Assembly: GCA_040389905.1 (NCBI GenBank)
Contig: JAZJZK010000008.1
Location: 128,001 to 192,000, forward strand
Direction: 5' to 3'
DNA from: Gemmatimonadota bacterium
GTDB lineage: Bacteria > Gemmatimonadota > Gemmatimonadetes > Gemmatimonadales > Gemmatimonadaceae
Length of the DNA stretch: 64,000 bases
The stretch's first letter is position 1, and the number at the start of each line of letters is the position of its first letter. Of this stretch, positions 51,301-60,237 are shown piece after piece. The position numbers and the translations under genes are program-made. Under the pieces are notes generated by a model, which saw only the letters and a program-made list of their open reading frames with translations, searched no databases and had not been told where the DNA came from.

Positions 51301-51502
51301 CTATGGCGAAGGCGCGGACTTTCGGGCGCCGCTCGGGCGTGCGGTGATCGGCGGCGTCATTGCGTCGACGTTGCTGACGCTGGTGGTCATTCCTACGGTG
51401 TATGAAATCATGGAAGAGTGGCGCAGCAGGTTGATGGCGCGGTTCGGTCCGCGCGCGCACGCTGTAGCGGTGCATCACGAGCAGCCAGTGGGTGCGGACT
51501 AG
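48359..51502 (+). CDS. RND efflux transporter permease (AcrB family)
   Basis: SIRRP, GILIDDAIVVRENI, GIVAKNAILL, RLRPIMMT. Confidence 0.93.
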   Translation: MFISDFSIRRPIITVVSMIALVAFGLSSLVRLDTDEFPELDQPIVFIGIPYPGAAPDVVEREVVTRLEDKLSGISGVEKLNSSATDGFARITVQFIYSKDVNQAVQDVRDAISAARAQLPADIIEPIIARFDPASLPIVSLALTSDVLTPPELTRLADERIAGELRAVPGVAQVNVVGGDSAQLNIDVRPGDLAAAGVGIDQIINAVRAQNLAAPVGRVSSKLEERSIRLDGRLEQPEEFAQIVIAQRAGQLVRLGEVASVSAGAAELRSAALYNGKTAIGLDVVKSRDYSTTGVSDAVNAQIQAIATTLPAGTRIASVRDAGTRVRNSVRNVEETLVEGAMLTVLVVFLFLNSWRSTVITGLALPVSVLAAFAPLLAFGFTLNVMSLMGLSLAIGILIDDAIVVRENIVRHVEMGKDHLTAAHEGTDEIGLAVTATTFSIVAVFVPVGFMPGLAGQLFKPFALTIASAVLVSLFVSFSLDPMLSAYWADPQLEAHERRNPLARALDRFNQWFDRQAERYTRVVAWALDHRWWMVSIAATTFVAAIALQAIFGGVGFSPISDNSELNVAVETPPGTSLEVTTVKAEEVARMVRAHPEVAYTYTTVGSTSGSGAVDAAIVYVRMVPKHDRNISQDAFGQVIRKEVSRVGGAVAYTFAAGGLGGNQKMMQLQLQGPDAAVLTRYAQQIADSVRTVPSAVDVGLSTKGQKPELNVRANRGLAATLGVSLAQLGSSLRFAFAGVDAGTWVDAGGLSRYVHVRLSPESRTRTSDLNQLPIMVGSSSGTPAFVPLSQIATVTATNGPAQIDHFQRQRVVTIGANVIGGSVGTVNNQVMEKVNKVMLPPGYKVTQGGQVESQNKMFGSIFTSLGVAVMLMYLILVVQFGSFLDPMAILVSLPLSLIGVVAALLVTGGTLNIMSLIGVMMLMGIVAKNAILLIDFAKWTHEKEGLPLRDALIEAGRIRLRPIMMTTLALVAGMVPVALGYGEGADFRAPLGRAVIGGVIASTLLTLVVIPTVYEIMEEWRSRLMARFGPRAHAVAVHHEQPVGAD

Positions 51503-51525
51503 AGGAACGTTCCCAATTTGGCGAT

Positions 51526-51600
51526 GCTCGTTTTGTCGCCCTGAGCCCTTCGTCGCTTGCGCTCCTCGAGGACAGGCTCCGCGAAGGGGCTGCACCTGCT
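51526..51600 (-). repeat. REP-like element (long variant)
   Basis: Reverse complement aligns with 27609-27680. Confidence 0.8.
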
Positions 51601-51988
51601 TTTGTACAGAACAGCAACAACGGCAAAGCCTCACCGTGGAGGTCGCAGAGGTCAGCGCGGAGTGGCAACCATCAACGCGCTGGTCCGCAGAGGCGCGCGG
51701 AGGACTGCGGAACAGCAACAACAATGAACCACAAAGGACACAGAGAAACACGGAGGACCACGTCAGCCGTGGATTTGCCCGAACGCCGTACAAAATTTCC
51801 GGCTGGCGCAACTATCACAGCCATAACGAGTTGACGCTATCCTAGCCAGTTCCGTGTAACGCCGTTGTAACTCCCCGGGAGCGCAGGCGACACAGAATCC
51901 ATCCGGTTCGGCAGGTTGCGCGGCTTTTCGTGACGCGCGTCGTCAACCACCGGTTTCGGTTGTTCCCGTCCTCGTGGAGATTCCCAAC

Positions 51989-54538
51989 ATGCACAACCCC
52001 TCGCGTTCCAGCGCCGGCGCGCGCTCCTTGCGCCGGCTCGGCGTTCTTGCGGCGCTGCTCGCGTCTGCAATCGGCACCGCCCCATCCATGCTATCGGCCC
52101 AAGGCAGCACCGGGACCATTTCCGGCGTCGTGACCGATGCCGGCCGAGCGGCCGTGGCGGGAGCACAGGTCACGCTCGTCGGCACGCGCATCGGCGCTGT
52201 TTCCGGGCTCGATGGCCGCTATCGCATTGCAGCGGTACCGGCGGGCACATACGAACTGCGCGCGCAGCGGATCGGCCAGCAGCCGCATTCGACGCCAAAT
52301 GTGGTCGTCCGCGCCGGCCAGGAGACGAGCCAGGATATCACGCTGAGCGCGGCGCCGACATCGTTGAGCGCCGTCGTGGTCTCCGCGTCGCGACGCGTCG
52401 AGAAGGTGACGGATGCTCCTGCAACGATTACGAGCATCGCGACGGAGCAAATCGACAACACCGTCGGCAACAGCATCGCGAGCGCCATGAAAGAGGTGAA
52501 GGGCCTCGACTTCATCCAGGTCGGAATGACGGCCGTCGCGATGAATGCGCGCGGGTTCAACTCCTCGTTCAACAGCCGAATGCTGTTCGTCGAGGATGGA
52601 CGCATCTCGGTGATTCCCGAAAGCGGCCTCCCCACCGGTTCCTTCTCGCCGATCTCGAAGGTCGATCTCGCGGGTATCGAGATGCTCGTTGGACCAGGGT
52701 CAGCGCTCTACGGTCCGGATGCCGCAAATGGTGTGATCTCGACGAGAACGAAAGACCCGCGCCAGTATCAAGGACTCACGCTCGAAGTGGCGGGGGGCAA
52801 TCGCGGCTACAAGGACGTGCAGGGCCGCTACGCCGGCGTCAACGGCAATCTCGGCTACAAGGTGACCGGCGAGTATCAAGGTGCAAATGACTGGGACAAC
52901 AATCTCTCGTACAACTCCGGCGGAACGATCGTCGCCGCGGGGACGGCTGGCTCGGTGAAGGAATCGGATCTCAAGATCCCGGTCAACTTCAATGCAAAGA
53001 CCGTACGTGCCACGGGTGGCCTCGTCCACTATTCTGGCGACAACCGCGCCTCCTTCGACGTCGGCATGAGCAAGTCGGACGGGGTTGGCCAGACGAGCGT
53101 CGGCCGCAATCAGCTCACGGGGTGGGGCTACAACTTCGTCCAGGGCCGGTATACGACGCCGCATTGGTATTTCAACGCGTATCGCGAGCAGTCGACGTCG
53201 GGCAAGTCGTTCGCCCTGAACCGCTACGCCGGCCAGCAACTCACGAACACGACGCTGAGCGCGGACTCGTTGCGGCTCCTTGCGGACTGGCCGAGCGACG
53301 GCCGGTTGTACGCGGCGGAAGGGCAGGGGAACTACCTCATCTCCGAACTGTCGAACACCGCCGTGGTCTTCGGCGGCCAGTACCGCGACGACGTCGTGAG
53401 CAGCGACCGCCAGTGGCTCACCGACCGGATCAAGAAGAGCGACATCAGCAACGCCCAGAAGGGCATCTACGCACAGACGACGACGCCCGTCTCACAGTAC
53501 GTCGATGTCATCCTCGCAGGGCGGATGGATTATCCGACGACGTACCAGAAACAGTTCAGCCCCAAGGCCGGCGTCGTGATCAAGCCGATGACGGACCAGG
53601 CATTCCGCGTCACGTACAACCAGGCCTACAAGTCGCCGACGATTCTCCAGACCAATTTCTTCATCCCGGACTGGACGTCGATCATATCGATCTACGGCAA
53701 TACCGACGGCTTCGTGATCAAGAACGCAGCAGGCACCACGACCGCGACGTACAGCCCGCTCGTTCCGGAGACGAACAAGACCTGGGAGCTCGGCTACAAG
53801 GGTGTGTTGGCGGGCCGCGTGTACCTCGATGGCACGTACTATCACTCGAACTACGAGAACTTCATGAGCCCGTTGGCGGTCATCGCCAACCCGTTCGCCG
53901 GGGCAACCGCGACGTACGCGTACCCGCTCGCGAATCCGAACGGCATTCCGGTCGATGCCACGGGACGGATCGTGAACGCCGCGAATGTCGCGCCGATCAT
54001 GCTGACGTACTACAACACGGGTAAGGCGACGGTCTCGGGCGTCGACATTGGCGCCAACGTGTACGCGACGGACCAACTCGAGCTGCGCGGCACGCTGTCC
54101 ACCGTGAAGCTCTCCAACCTGGACGTCCCCGCCGCGCTGGCAGAGGCGACGACGCTCAACACACCGGGCACGAAGTGGACGCTCGGTGCAACGATGCGCG
54201 ACATCGGACCAGCGACCGCCGGTCTCACCTTCCGCAACGTCAACGCGTACTACTTCCGCTCCGGTTCCAACACCGGTGTCATCCCGACCTTCGGCACGCT
54301 CGACGCCAGCGTGAACGTCAAGCTCCCTGAAATGCAGAACACGCTGATCAGCCTCGGCGTGAGCAACCTGTTCTCGTGCACTGCGGCGAGTGTCTCGTAC
54401 GTCGCGGCAACGGTGCCCGCAAATTCGCAGATCGCCACCGAGGATCGTGGCTGCGGATTCAACCGCAAGCACATCGAGATGATCAACATGCCGCAGATGG
54501 GAACGATGGTGTTTCTCGGCATGCGCATCGTCCGGTAA
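51989..54538 (+). CDS. TonB-dependent outer-membrane receptor with N-terminal carboxypeptidase-regulatory-like domain
   Basis: Signal peptide; GTISGVVTD, VVVSASR (TonB-box-like), GPGSALYG..A.NGVI plug motif, beta-rich barrel. Confidence 0.9.
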   Translation: MHNPSRSSAGARSLRRLGVLAALLASAIGTAPSMLSAQGSTGTISGVVTDAGRAAVAGAQVTLVGTRIGAVSGLDGRYRIAAVPAGTYELRAQRIGQQPHSTPNVVVRAGQETSQDITLSAAPTSLSAVVVSASRRVEKVTDAPATITSIATEQIDNTVGNSIASAMKEVKGLDFIQVGMTAVAMNARGFNSSFNSRMLFVEDGRISVIPESGLPTGSFSPISKVDLAGIEMLVGPGSALYGPDAANGVISTRTKDPRQYQGLTLEVAGGNRGYKDVQGRYAGVNGNLGYKVTGEYQGANDWDNNLSYNSGGTIVAAGTAGSVKESDLKIPVNFNAKTVRATGGLVHYSGDNRASFDVGMSKSDGVGQTSVGRNQLTGWGYNFVQGRYTTPHWYFNAYREQSTSGKSFALNRYAGQQLTNTTLSADSLRLLADWPSDGRLYAAEGQGNYLISELSNTAVVFGGQYRDDVVSSDRQWLTDRIKKSDISNAQKGIYAQTTTPVSQYVDVILAGRMDYPTTYQKQFSPKAGVVIKPMTDQAFRVTYNQAYKSPTILQTNFFIPDWTSIISIYGNTDGFVIKNAAGTTTATYSPLVPETNKTWELGYKGVLAGRVYLDGTYYHSNYENFMSPLAVIANPFAGATATYAYPLANPNGIPVDATGRIVNAANVAPIMLTYYNTGKATVSGVDIGANVYATDQLELRGTLSTVKLSNLDVPAALAEATTLNTPGTKWTLGATMRDIGPATAGLTFRNVNAYYFRSGSNTGVIPTFGTLDASVNVKLPEMQNTLISLGVSNLFSCTAASVSYVAATVPANSQIATEDRGCGFNRKHIEMINMPQMGTMVFLGMRIVR

Positions 54539-55428
54539 TGACGAGCTCCGTCATCGGTGCCGCCGGCGCCACGTCGCACATGCGGGACGTGGGAGGGTTC
54601 GAGCTGTTCTACCTCGATGCACCAGGCGCGAGTGACGCGACGCCGATCGTCCTGCTCCACGGACTATCGGCGAACGCCAACTCGTTCGCGGGCGTCATTT
54701 CCGCAGGCCTGGCGCCTGCGCATCGAGTGATCGCTCCCGACCTGCGCGGGCGCGCGCGCAGCGGCAAACCGGAAGCCGGGTATGAGATGGCCGATCATGC
54801 CCGTGACATTGTCGCCCTGCTCGATGCGCTCGGTCTCGAGCGTGTCGTGCTGGCGGGCCATTCGTTCGGCGGGTACCTCGGGATCTTCATCGCCGCAACC
54901 TATCCAGCGCGCGTGGAACGGCTCGTCGTGATCGACGCCGCAATTTCGTCGCACCCGCGCATTCCTGTGTTGCTCAAGCCATCGCTCGACCGACTTGGCC
55001 GCACGTCTCCCTCCGCCGAGGCGTACCTTGCCGAGGTGCGAAGTGCACCGTACATGCAGGGCATCTGGGACGAGAACGCCGAGTCGTACTTTCGGGCCGA
55101 ACTCACGGAGCATGCCGACGGGACGGTCGGGTCGGCGACGAGCAGCGCGGCCATCGGTCAGGCAGCGATGGGCGTCGGCATGGAGCCGTGGCTGCACCAT
55201 GTCCAGCAGGTCGTGGCACCCACGCTCGTGCTCAATGCCCTCGAGTCATTCGGCCCGCCGGGTGCTCCGCCGTTGTTCGATGAGATCGTGACGCGGGCGA
55301 CGGCGCGTGCGTTCGCCGACGCGCGGTATGTTGTCGTCCCCGGCAACCACATTACGCTGCTGTTCACTGAGGGAGCGGCGGCCGTCGGCCGCGAGATTCT
55401 CGAGTTTGCCGGAGAGGGCTTGGCGTGA
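54538..55428 (+). CDS. Alpha/beta hydrolase (esterase/lipase-like)
   Basis: LLHGL, PDLRGR, GHSFGG, PGNH; TAATG overlap with the receptor gene. Confidence 0.85.
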   Translation: MTSSVIGAAGATSHMRDVGGFELFYLDAPGASDATPIVLLHGLSANANSFAGVISAGLAPAHRVIAPDLRGRARSGKPEAGYEMADHARDIVALLDALGLERVVLAGHSFGGYLGIFIAATYPARVERLVVIDAAISSHPRIPVLLKPSLDRLGRTSPSAEAYLAEVRSAPYMQGIWDENAESYFRAELTEHADGTVGSATSSAAIGQAAMGVGMEPWLHHVQQVVAPTLVLNALESFGPPGAPPLFDEIVTRATARAFADARYVVVPGNHITLLFTEGAAAVGREILEFAGEGLA

Positions 55429-56717
55429 GTGACATCGAGCGGGCGACCATGAAGCGAGTGGGTGCGCGGATTCTTCCATTCGCCTTCGTCCTCTACATCT
55501 TCAATTTTCTCGACCGCTCGAATGTCGGCGTCGCCGCGTTACAGATGAACAAGGATCTCGGCCTCAGCTCGGGAGCGTTCGGGCTCGGGGCAGGGATCTT
55601 TTTCATCGGCTACTCGCTGTTCGAGGTACCAAGCAACCTGCTCCTCGTGCGCGTCGGGGCGCGGCGATGGATTGCGCGGATCATGATCTCATGGGGCATT
55701 CTCGCGACGGCGATGATGCTCGTGCGCACGCCGATGCAGTTCTACGCCGTGCGCTTTCTCCTCGGCGTGGCGGAAGCGGGATTCTTTCCGGCCATCATCT
55801 ACTATCTGAGTGTGTGGTTTCCCGCGTCGATGCGTGCACGCTCGAGTGCGAAGTTCATGATTGCGATACCGCTGTCGGGTCTCATTGGCGGTCCGCTCGG
55901 CGGATGGCTCCTTGGTTTCGACGGACGGTTCGGACTCAAGGGATGGCAGTGGTTGTTTCTCGTCGAAGGGATTCCGTCCGTTCTGCTGGGGTTGGTCGTC
56001 CTTCGGCATCTGTCCGACACACCGGCCGACGCGCGGTGGCTCACGCAAGAGCAGCGTGACTGGCTCACGACGAGGTTGGCAACGGATCGGGAGACCTCGC
56101 CAGCGAATCACGGACTACCGCCGCTCAGGGCACTCGCGTTCCCGTTGGTGTGGCTCGCTGGGATGATCCAGCTGCTCCTCACCACGGCAAGTTATGGATA
56201 TCTCTTCTGGGGCCCACTGCTCATTCGCGAGACGCTGCACATCAGCAACCTGGCGACGGGTCTGCTCACAGGCGCAATCGCCGTGATCTCCGCCGTGGGT
56301 CTCATCCTCGTGGGTGCAAGTTCAGATCGCTCGGGTGAGCGGCCAGGCCACGCCGCCGCGTGCGCTGGCATCGCCACGCTCGGTTGCCTCGGTGCCGCCC
56401 TTGCGACGGATCCTGTGTGGCGCTTCGCGAGTCTCGCGCTCATGCAGATCGCCGTCGTGTCGTTTCTCGCGCCATTCGTTGCCATCCCGACCATTCTCCT
56501 GAGTGGCGGGTCGGCCGCAGTGGGCATCGCGCTCGTCAATGCGATTGGAAATGTCGGCGGCTTCATTGGGCCATATCTCATTGGATTCCTGCGCACGCGG
56601 ACTGGTGGAGACACAAGCGCGTTTGTGGTGCTGGCGGTCATGGCGGCCACTGCGACGGGGATTCTTCTGTACCTCAAGCGGAGCCCACTCCTCGCGAGAC
56701 GGGTCGCGGCCACGTGA
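55425..56717 (+). CDS. MFS transporter, anion:cation symporter (TtuB/phthalate permease-like)
   Basis: LDRSNVG.AAL, FFIGY.LFEVPSN, RFLLG.AEAGFFP, GWQWLFLVEG. Confidence 0.9.
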   Translation: MSDIERATMKRVGARILPFAFVLYIFNFLDRSNVGVAALQMNKDLGLSSGAFGLGAGIFFIGYSLFEVPSNLLLVRVGARRWIARIMISWGILATAMMLVRTPMQFYAVRFLLGVAEAGFFPAIIYYLSVWFPASMRARSSAKFMIAIPLSGLIGGPLGGWLLGFDGRFGLKGWQWLFLVEGIPSVLLGLVVLRHLSDTPADARWLTQEQRDWLTTRLATDRETSPANHGLPPLRALAFPLVWLAGMIQLLLTTASYGYLFWGPLLIRETLHISNLATGLLTGAIAVISAVGLILVGASSDRSGERPGHAAACAGIATLGCLGAALATDPVWRFASLALMQIAVVSFLAPFVAIPTILLSGGSAAVGIALVNAIGNVGGFIGPYLIGFLRTRTGGDTSAFVVLAVMAATATGILLYLKRSPLLARRVAAT

Positions 56718-58252
56718 ACGTCGGTTCGCTCCTCGCGCGCCATGCGCGATACCGAAGTGATCATCTTGCGCTCGTCTGCGACGGCGAGCGCTTGGCGTAT
56801 GCGGAGTTGGGCGCGAGGGTGAACCGGCTCGCGAATGCGTTGCACGCACTCGGGCTGGAGAGGGGCGACAAGCTTGCGGTCGTCCTTCCCAACTGTATCG
56901 AGGTACTCGAGACATACTGGGCAGCGATCCAACTCGGCGTGGTGCTCGTTCCGCTCAGTCCATTGTTGCGCGGTGCCGCGCTGGCGGCGCTGCTTCGCGA
57001 CTCGGATTCCGTCGCCGTCATCGTTGGCTACGGCATGGCCGACGAACTCGATGGCGTGCGCTCTGAGCTCGATGGTATTCCCGCAGAACGCTATGTGAAA
57101 GTTGGCGGCGACGCGCGCGAGGGTTACACCGACTATCGCGATCTGGTCACTCGATCCAGCGAGACGGCGCCGCCCCCTGTGGATCTCCTGGACGACGACG
57201 TCTTCAACATCGTCTACAGCAGTGGAACCACCGGTACGCCGAAAGGCATCATCCACACACACTACATCCGCGCGAATTATTGCACGCACTTCGCGTCGAC
57301 CTGGCGCATGACCCCGGAAAGCGTGGTGATGCACGCTGGGTCACTCGTGTTCAACGGCGCATTCGTGACCTTGATGCCGGCGTTGTTTCTCGGCACGACC
57401 TACGTGTTGCAGACGCGATTCGACGCTGCGGAATTCATCGAGACGGTGGCGCGCGAGCGGGTGACGCACGTCATGATGGTCCCGTCGCAGATTCTCGCCG
57501 TGATGAACGCGCCGAATTTCAGCGCCGAAAAGCTCGCGTCGCTGGAGATGCTCGGTTCCGTTGGCGCGCCGTTGCATCGCGAGCACAAGGATCGGCTGAC
57601 GACGGCACTTCCGGGCATTTTCTACGAACTCTACGGATTGACCGAAGGCGTCATTACGATCCTCGACAAGACGGATGTTGGGAAGAAACCTGGGTCGGTC
57701 GGCGGCGTGCAGCCGTTCTTCGAAATGCGCGTGGTTGGCGAAGATGGTGTCGATCTTCCCGCGGGCGCGGTCGGTGAGATCGTCGGACGGAGTCCGTTGC
57801 TCATGCCAGGCTACTACAAGCGTCCGGATCTCACCGAGGCGGCCATCCGAAACGGGTGGATGTTCACGGGCGACATGGGCTATCTGGACGAGGATGGCTT
57901 TCTCTATCTCGTGGATCGGAAGAAGGACCTGATCATCTCGGGTGGGGTCAACGTGTATCCCAAGGACATCGAGGAGGTGGTGGTCACGCATCCCGACGTG
58001 CTCGAGGCGGCCGTGTTCGGGGTTCCGCACGAGAAGTGGGGGGAGGCGCCGCTCGGGGCGGTGGTGCTTCGGGAGGGAGCGGTGTGCGATCCAGATACCT
58101 TGAAGGCGTGGGTGAACGCTCGTGTTGGGGCTCGCTACCAGCAGTTGTGTGCGGTGGTTGTGATGCATGAATTCCCGCGCAACGCAGCGGGAAAGACACT
58201 CAAGCGAGTGATGCGGGACCAATACTGGCAGGACAAGGCAGTAAAGATTTGA
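56714..58252 (+). CDS. Acyl-CoA synthetase (AMP-binding, class I adenylate-forming)
   Basis: YSSGTTGTPKG, YGLTEG, TGD, DRKKDLIISGG.NVYP, PRNAAGK; GTGA overlap. Confidence 0.92.
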   Translation: MNVGSLLARHARYRSDHLALVCDGERLAYAELGARVNRLANALHALGLERGDKLAVVLPNCIEVLETYWAAIQLGVVLVPLSPLLRGAALAALLRDSDSVAVIVGYGMADELDGVRSELDGIPAERYVKVGGDAREGYTDYRDLVTRSSETAPPPVDLLDDDVFNIVYSSGTTGTPKGIIHTHYIRANYCTHFASTWRMTPESVVMHAGSLVFNGAFVTLMPALFLGTTYVLQTRFDAAEFIETVARERVTHVMMVPSQILAVMNAPNFSAEKLASLEMLGSVGAPLHREHKDRLTTALPGIFYELYGLTEGVITILDKTDVGKKPGSVGGVQPFFEMRVVGEDGVDLPAGAVGEIVGRSPLLMPGYYKRPDLTEAAIRNGWMFTGDMGYLDEDGFLYLVDRKKDLIISGGVNVYPKDIEEVVVTHPDVLEAAVFGVPHEKWGEAPLGAVVLREGAVCDPDTLKAWVNARVGARYQQLCAVVVMHEFPRNAAGKTLKRVMRDQYWQDKAVKI

Positions 58253-58261
58253 GTCTCTTGA

Positions 58262-58393
58262 ACCGCAGAGGGCGCAGGGGAGCAGAGGTACGCCGAGGAA
58301 CTGCGGGAGGTGCAGGCCCTTCGCTGCGCTCATGGCGACAAAACAAGCGGAAGCTCGTTGCTTTTCCTCTGCTCCTCTCAAGCCCTCTGCGGT
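58262..58393. mobile_element. MITE-like composite with perfect 12-bp inverted ends enclosing a REP-like core (58308-58353)
   Basis: ACCGCAGAGGGC ... GCCCTCTGCGGT; homologous to 27564-27755. Confidence 0.65.
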
Positions 58394-58440
58394 AACGCGC
58401 TAGCGCCGAATAGCGTATCAACACCAATGATGATTATTCG

Positions 58441-59262
58441 ATGTCCAAACTAGAAGGAAGAGTCGCTATCGTATCCGGCTCCGGCCGAGGAATCGGCAGG
58501 GCGGTCGCCTTGAAGCTTGCCGCCGAGGGGGCGCGCGTCGTGGTCAACGACCTTGATGCGGCAACCGCGCAGGAAACCGCCGACGCCATCAGCGCCGCTG
58601 GCGGCAACGCCACCGTCTGCGCGGGAAGCGTGACGGAACTCGACTTCGGTGACCGATTCGTCGCTGCGGCGCTCGATCACTTCGGCGGGCTGGACATCAT
58701 CGTCAACAACGCCGGATACACGTGGGACAGTGTCATTCAAAAGATGACCGACGAACAATTTCAGGCGATCATGGATGTCCACGTGACCGCTCCATTTCGG
58801 ATCCTTCGCGCCGCGGCCGAGCCGATTCGAAAGTTCAGCAAGGCCGAGGCGGCCGAGGGGCGCGAAGTGTTTCGGAAGGTCGTGAACATTTCGTCTGTCT
58901 CGGGCCTCGGCGGAAACGCCGGGCAGGTGAACTATGCCGCAGCGAAAGCCGCCGTTGTCGGCATGACGAAGACGCTTGCCAAGGAGTGGGGTCGCTACAA
59001 GGTGAATGTGAATTGCGTCGCGTTCGGCTTCATCAAGACGCGCATGACGCAACCAATCGTCACGGAAGTGGATGCGACTGGTGAGTCGCGAAAGGTTGGA
59101 GTCCAGCCCGCGCTCATCGAGCATCTCGAGCAAAATGCCATTCCACTCGGCAGACTCGGCACGCCGGAGGAGGCAGCGGACGGCGTGTACCTCTTTTGCT
59201 CGCCCGAGTCCAACTACATCTCCGGCCAGGTCGTGACGGTCGGTGGCGGCATCACCTTCTGA
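58441..59262 (+). CDS. Short-chain dehydrogenase/reductase (FabG-like 3-oxoacyl reductase)
   Basis: SGSGRGIG, NNAG, NISS, YAAAK. Confidence 0.9.
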   Translation: MSKLEGRVAIVSGSGRGIGRAVALKLAAEGARVVVNDLDAATAQETADAISAAGGNATVCAGSVTELDFGDRFVAAALDHFGGLDIIVNNAGYTWDSVIQKMTDEQFQAIMDVHVTAPFRILRAAAEPIRKFSKAEAAEGREVFRKVVNISSVSGLGGNAGQVNYAAAKAAVVGMTKTLAKEWGRYKVNVNCVAFGFIKTRMTQPIVTEVDATGESRKVGVQPALIEHLEQNAIPLGRLGTPEEAADGVYLFCSPESNYISGQVVTVGGGITF

Positions 59263-60161
59263 TGCGCGCGTTGTTCCGCGTTGCGCTGATGCCGTGGGCC
59301 GTCATTTCAGGGGCGTGCGCATCCGCGCCTCCAATCTTCTCCGCGGCGCCAGCCACGATGCGGGGGACGTTCGGTAGCGCGCCGGTGATGCGGGGTTACG
59401 TCGCGTACCGGCCGGCGGCACTTGCCGCGCCTCAGTCACGAGCGATGGTCGTCATGCTTCACGGCTGCGGACAGAACGCGGATGACTTCGCGCGCGGAAC
59501 GCGGATGAATCAGGCGGCCGATGCGCACGGTTTTGTCGTGCTGTATCCGGAGCAGCCCGCCGTGGCGAATCCACAGAAATGCTGGAACTGGTTCCTGTCA
59601 GAACAGGCGTCGCGCGACCGTGGCGAGGCCGCGCAACTTGCGTCGCTGATCGATTCCGTCGCGCGTGCGGAAGCTGTCGATCCGCAACGCATCGCGTTGG
59701 TGGGGATGTCGGCCGGCGCCGCGATGGCAGCGAATCTCGCGGTGGCGTATCCAGAACGGACGGCCGCCCTCGCGATGCACTCAGGGATCGCCGCGCTTGG
59801 CGCCGTTGACGTTGCCGGCGCGATGCGGGCCATGAGCAAAGGTGATGGTGACGGTGACGCACTCGGGGCCATGGCACTCGCGGCGATGGGCGCGCGTGCT
59901 CGTGCGATCCCGGTGCTCGTGATGCATGGCGCAGATGATCAGGTGGTGTCGAGGAACAACGTGAGGGTGGTGGTGCGGCAATGGACGGTGGTGAACGCCC
60001 GCTTTGGCGGTATCGCACCCGTCGAGGAGCGCATCTTCCCGGGTGTGGGTCACGCGTGGAGTGGCGGATCACCGAACGGGTCCTTCACCGCACCGATCGC
60101 GCCGGACGCGACACAACTGATCATCAGCTTCCTTCAGCGCACGCGCGTCTTGTCGCCCTAA
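59262..60161 (+). CDS. PHB-depolymerase family esterase (LpqC-like), possible lipoprotein
   Basis: VMLHGC.Q, YPEQ...N...CWNWF, GMSAG, HG.DD, GHAWSGG; SGAC lipobox-like motif. Confidence 0.82.
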   Translation: MRALFRVALMPWAVISGACASAPPIFSAAPATMRGTFGSAPVMRGYVAYRPAALAAPQSRAMVVMLHGCGQNADDFARGTRMNQAADAHGFVVLYPEQPAVANPQKCWNWFLSEQASRDRGEAAQLASLIDSVARAEAVDPQRIALVGMSAGAAMAANLAVAYPERTAALAMHSGIAALGAVDVAGAMRAMSKGDGDGDALGAMALAAMGARARAIPVLVMHGADDQVVSRNNVRVVVRQWTVVNARFGGIAPVEERIFPGVGHAWSGGSPNGSFTAPIAPDATQLIISFLQRTRVLSP

Positions 60162-60184
60162 GCGCAGGAGCGACGTCGTAAGAA

Positions 60185-60220
60185 CAGGTGCAGACCTCGA
60201 CTCGCGAAGTTTACCCCGCG
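60185..60220 (+). repeat. Truncated REP-like element
   Basis: CAGGTGCAGACCTCGACTCGCGAAGTTTACCC. Confidence 0.5.
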
Positions 60221-60237
60221 CGCGGTATGCGGAGTGA

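Noticed and set aside
56360..56713. N-terminal extension of the acyl-CoA synthetase ORF
   Set aside because: Overlaps the MFS gene in another frame; the coupled GTG at 56714 is more plausible
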